From Raillietiella orientalis (lineage: Eukaryota), in the NCBI GenBank assembly GCA_036172245.1, contig JAYWIR010000004.1, positions 2,790,001 to 2,854,000 of the forward strand: a stretch of DNA of 64,000 nt, in the 5' to 3' direction. Both the position numbers and the translations under genes were made by a program. How positions within the stretch are numbered: the first letter of the stretch is position 1; the number at the start of each line of letters is the position of its first letter. The notes under the pieces are model-generated. The model was given only the letters and a program-made list of their open reading frames with translations. It was not told where the DNA came from and searched no databases. Shown piece by piece: positions 63,199 through 64,000 of the stretch.

Positions 63199-63470
63199 GA
63201 AACGCTTGGGAATCGAAGAGATTCCTGTCGCTGCCGCAAGCTCTGGAAACGTGTGCGAGGCTCGTTTGCGGCAGGGCGTATGCTGCTGCTGCTGCTGCCG
63301 CCAACCTGTGGAAGAATAGGCTGCAGGTGGAATGCATTTGTCTCGACGGGATTGAGATGATGATCACGGAAGGGAGGATGTTTGCTTAAAACTTCTGCCG
63401 ACGTTCCTGCCCTGTTGCATCGACTACATAAGACTTCGGAGTTATGGAACACCTTCGATCTGGTTCCTAT
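63199..63470 (+). pseudogene. Possible decayed lola-type zinc-finger exon
   Basis: Phase-1 acceptor ggcttcag|; reads TCARLVCGRAY(A7)NLWKNRLQVEC...RMFA*NFCRRS...MEHLRS. This looks like two finger remnants with His->Asn and a stop at the first Cys position of finger 2. Confidence 0.35.
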
Positions 63471-63867
63471 TTGCGCTGTTCCTGTTGATGCGATCACACC
63501 TGGTGTAGTGTTGTTTGTTTCTTTATCGTGCATTCGGCTGTCTCGAGAAAATCGAAGTGGGCAGTGGCTCTCCTGCTCCCCCTTTCGCTTTCGCTTCTAG
63601 GGGATGCTGCCAACGATGCGATGGGATTCCGATTCGCTAGTCCTGCCAGGTCCCGCATCTCCCAATCTCTTACCTATTAAAAACATCTCAGCTTTGAAAG
63701 ATTCGGAGTCGCAAGAGCGGGCTTTTCGATTTCGGTCTTCCTTGTTAACTTGGTCCCCTCAGCATGCTCTCGGATATGGAATGCCTGTGATTAGACTGAA
63801 CAGGTGCTATCCCCCCCCCCCCCAGTGGTCATCAGAGTTCCATGAATGCTCTGAAAGTTGTTGCATT

Positions 63868-63898
<31 letters not shown>

Positions 63899-64000
63899 GC
63901 TGTCGTTTTGCAATGCGTAAACATGCGTTTCCCTTGAGTGGGATCTCTTCGAAACAGCGCGACCACTTGTGACCGTGTGGAAGACCTTCGGAAATCGTTT

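Overview
Eukaryotic DNA, most likely arthropod because it carries a Tramtrack-group BTB/lola-type gene. All calls were read by eye. (1) 1-~19.3 kb has no credible host gene. It is mostly very GC- and CpG-rich (sampled line ~68% GC), with more AT-rich stretches at ~9-10.6 kb and ~15-18 kb. It contains decayed non-LTR retrotransposon motifs and a near-perfect 208-bp inverted duplication. (2) A complete DNAJC13/RME-8 gene lies on + at 19950-34890: 32 exons, 2228 aa, and 28 of its 31 introns are only 40-55 nt. (3) A complete PDCD5 gene lies on - at 40528-41421 (126 aa). (4) A lola-like BTB-zinc-finger locus lies on + from 47497. Three constant coding exons end in a phase-1 donor, followed by at least three alternative terminal C2HC/C2H2 zinc-finger exons and one likely decayed one; the array may continue past the window. 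Splicing to the first variable exon regenerates a 5' splice site, suggesting possible recursive ('ratchet') exon choice. No rRNA, tRNA or CRISPR array was supported.
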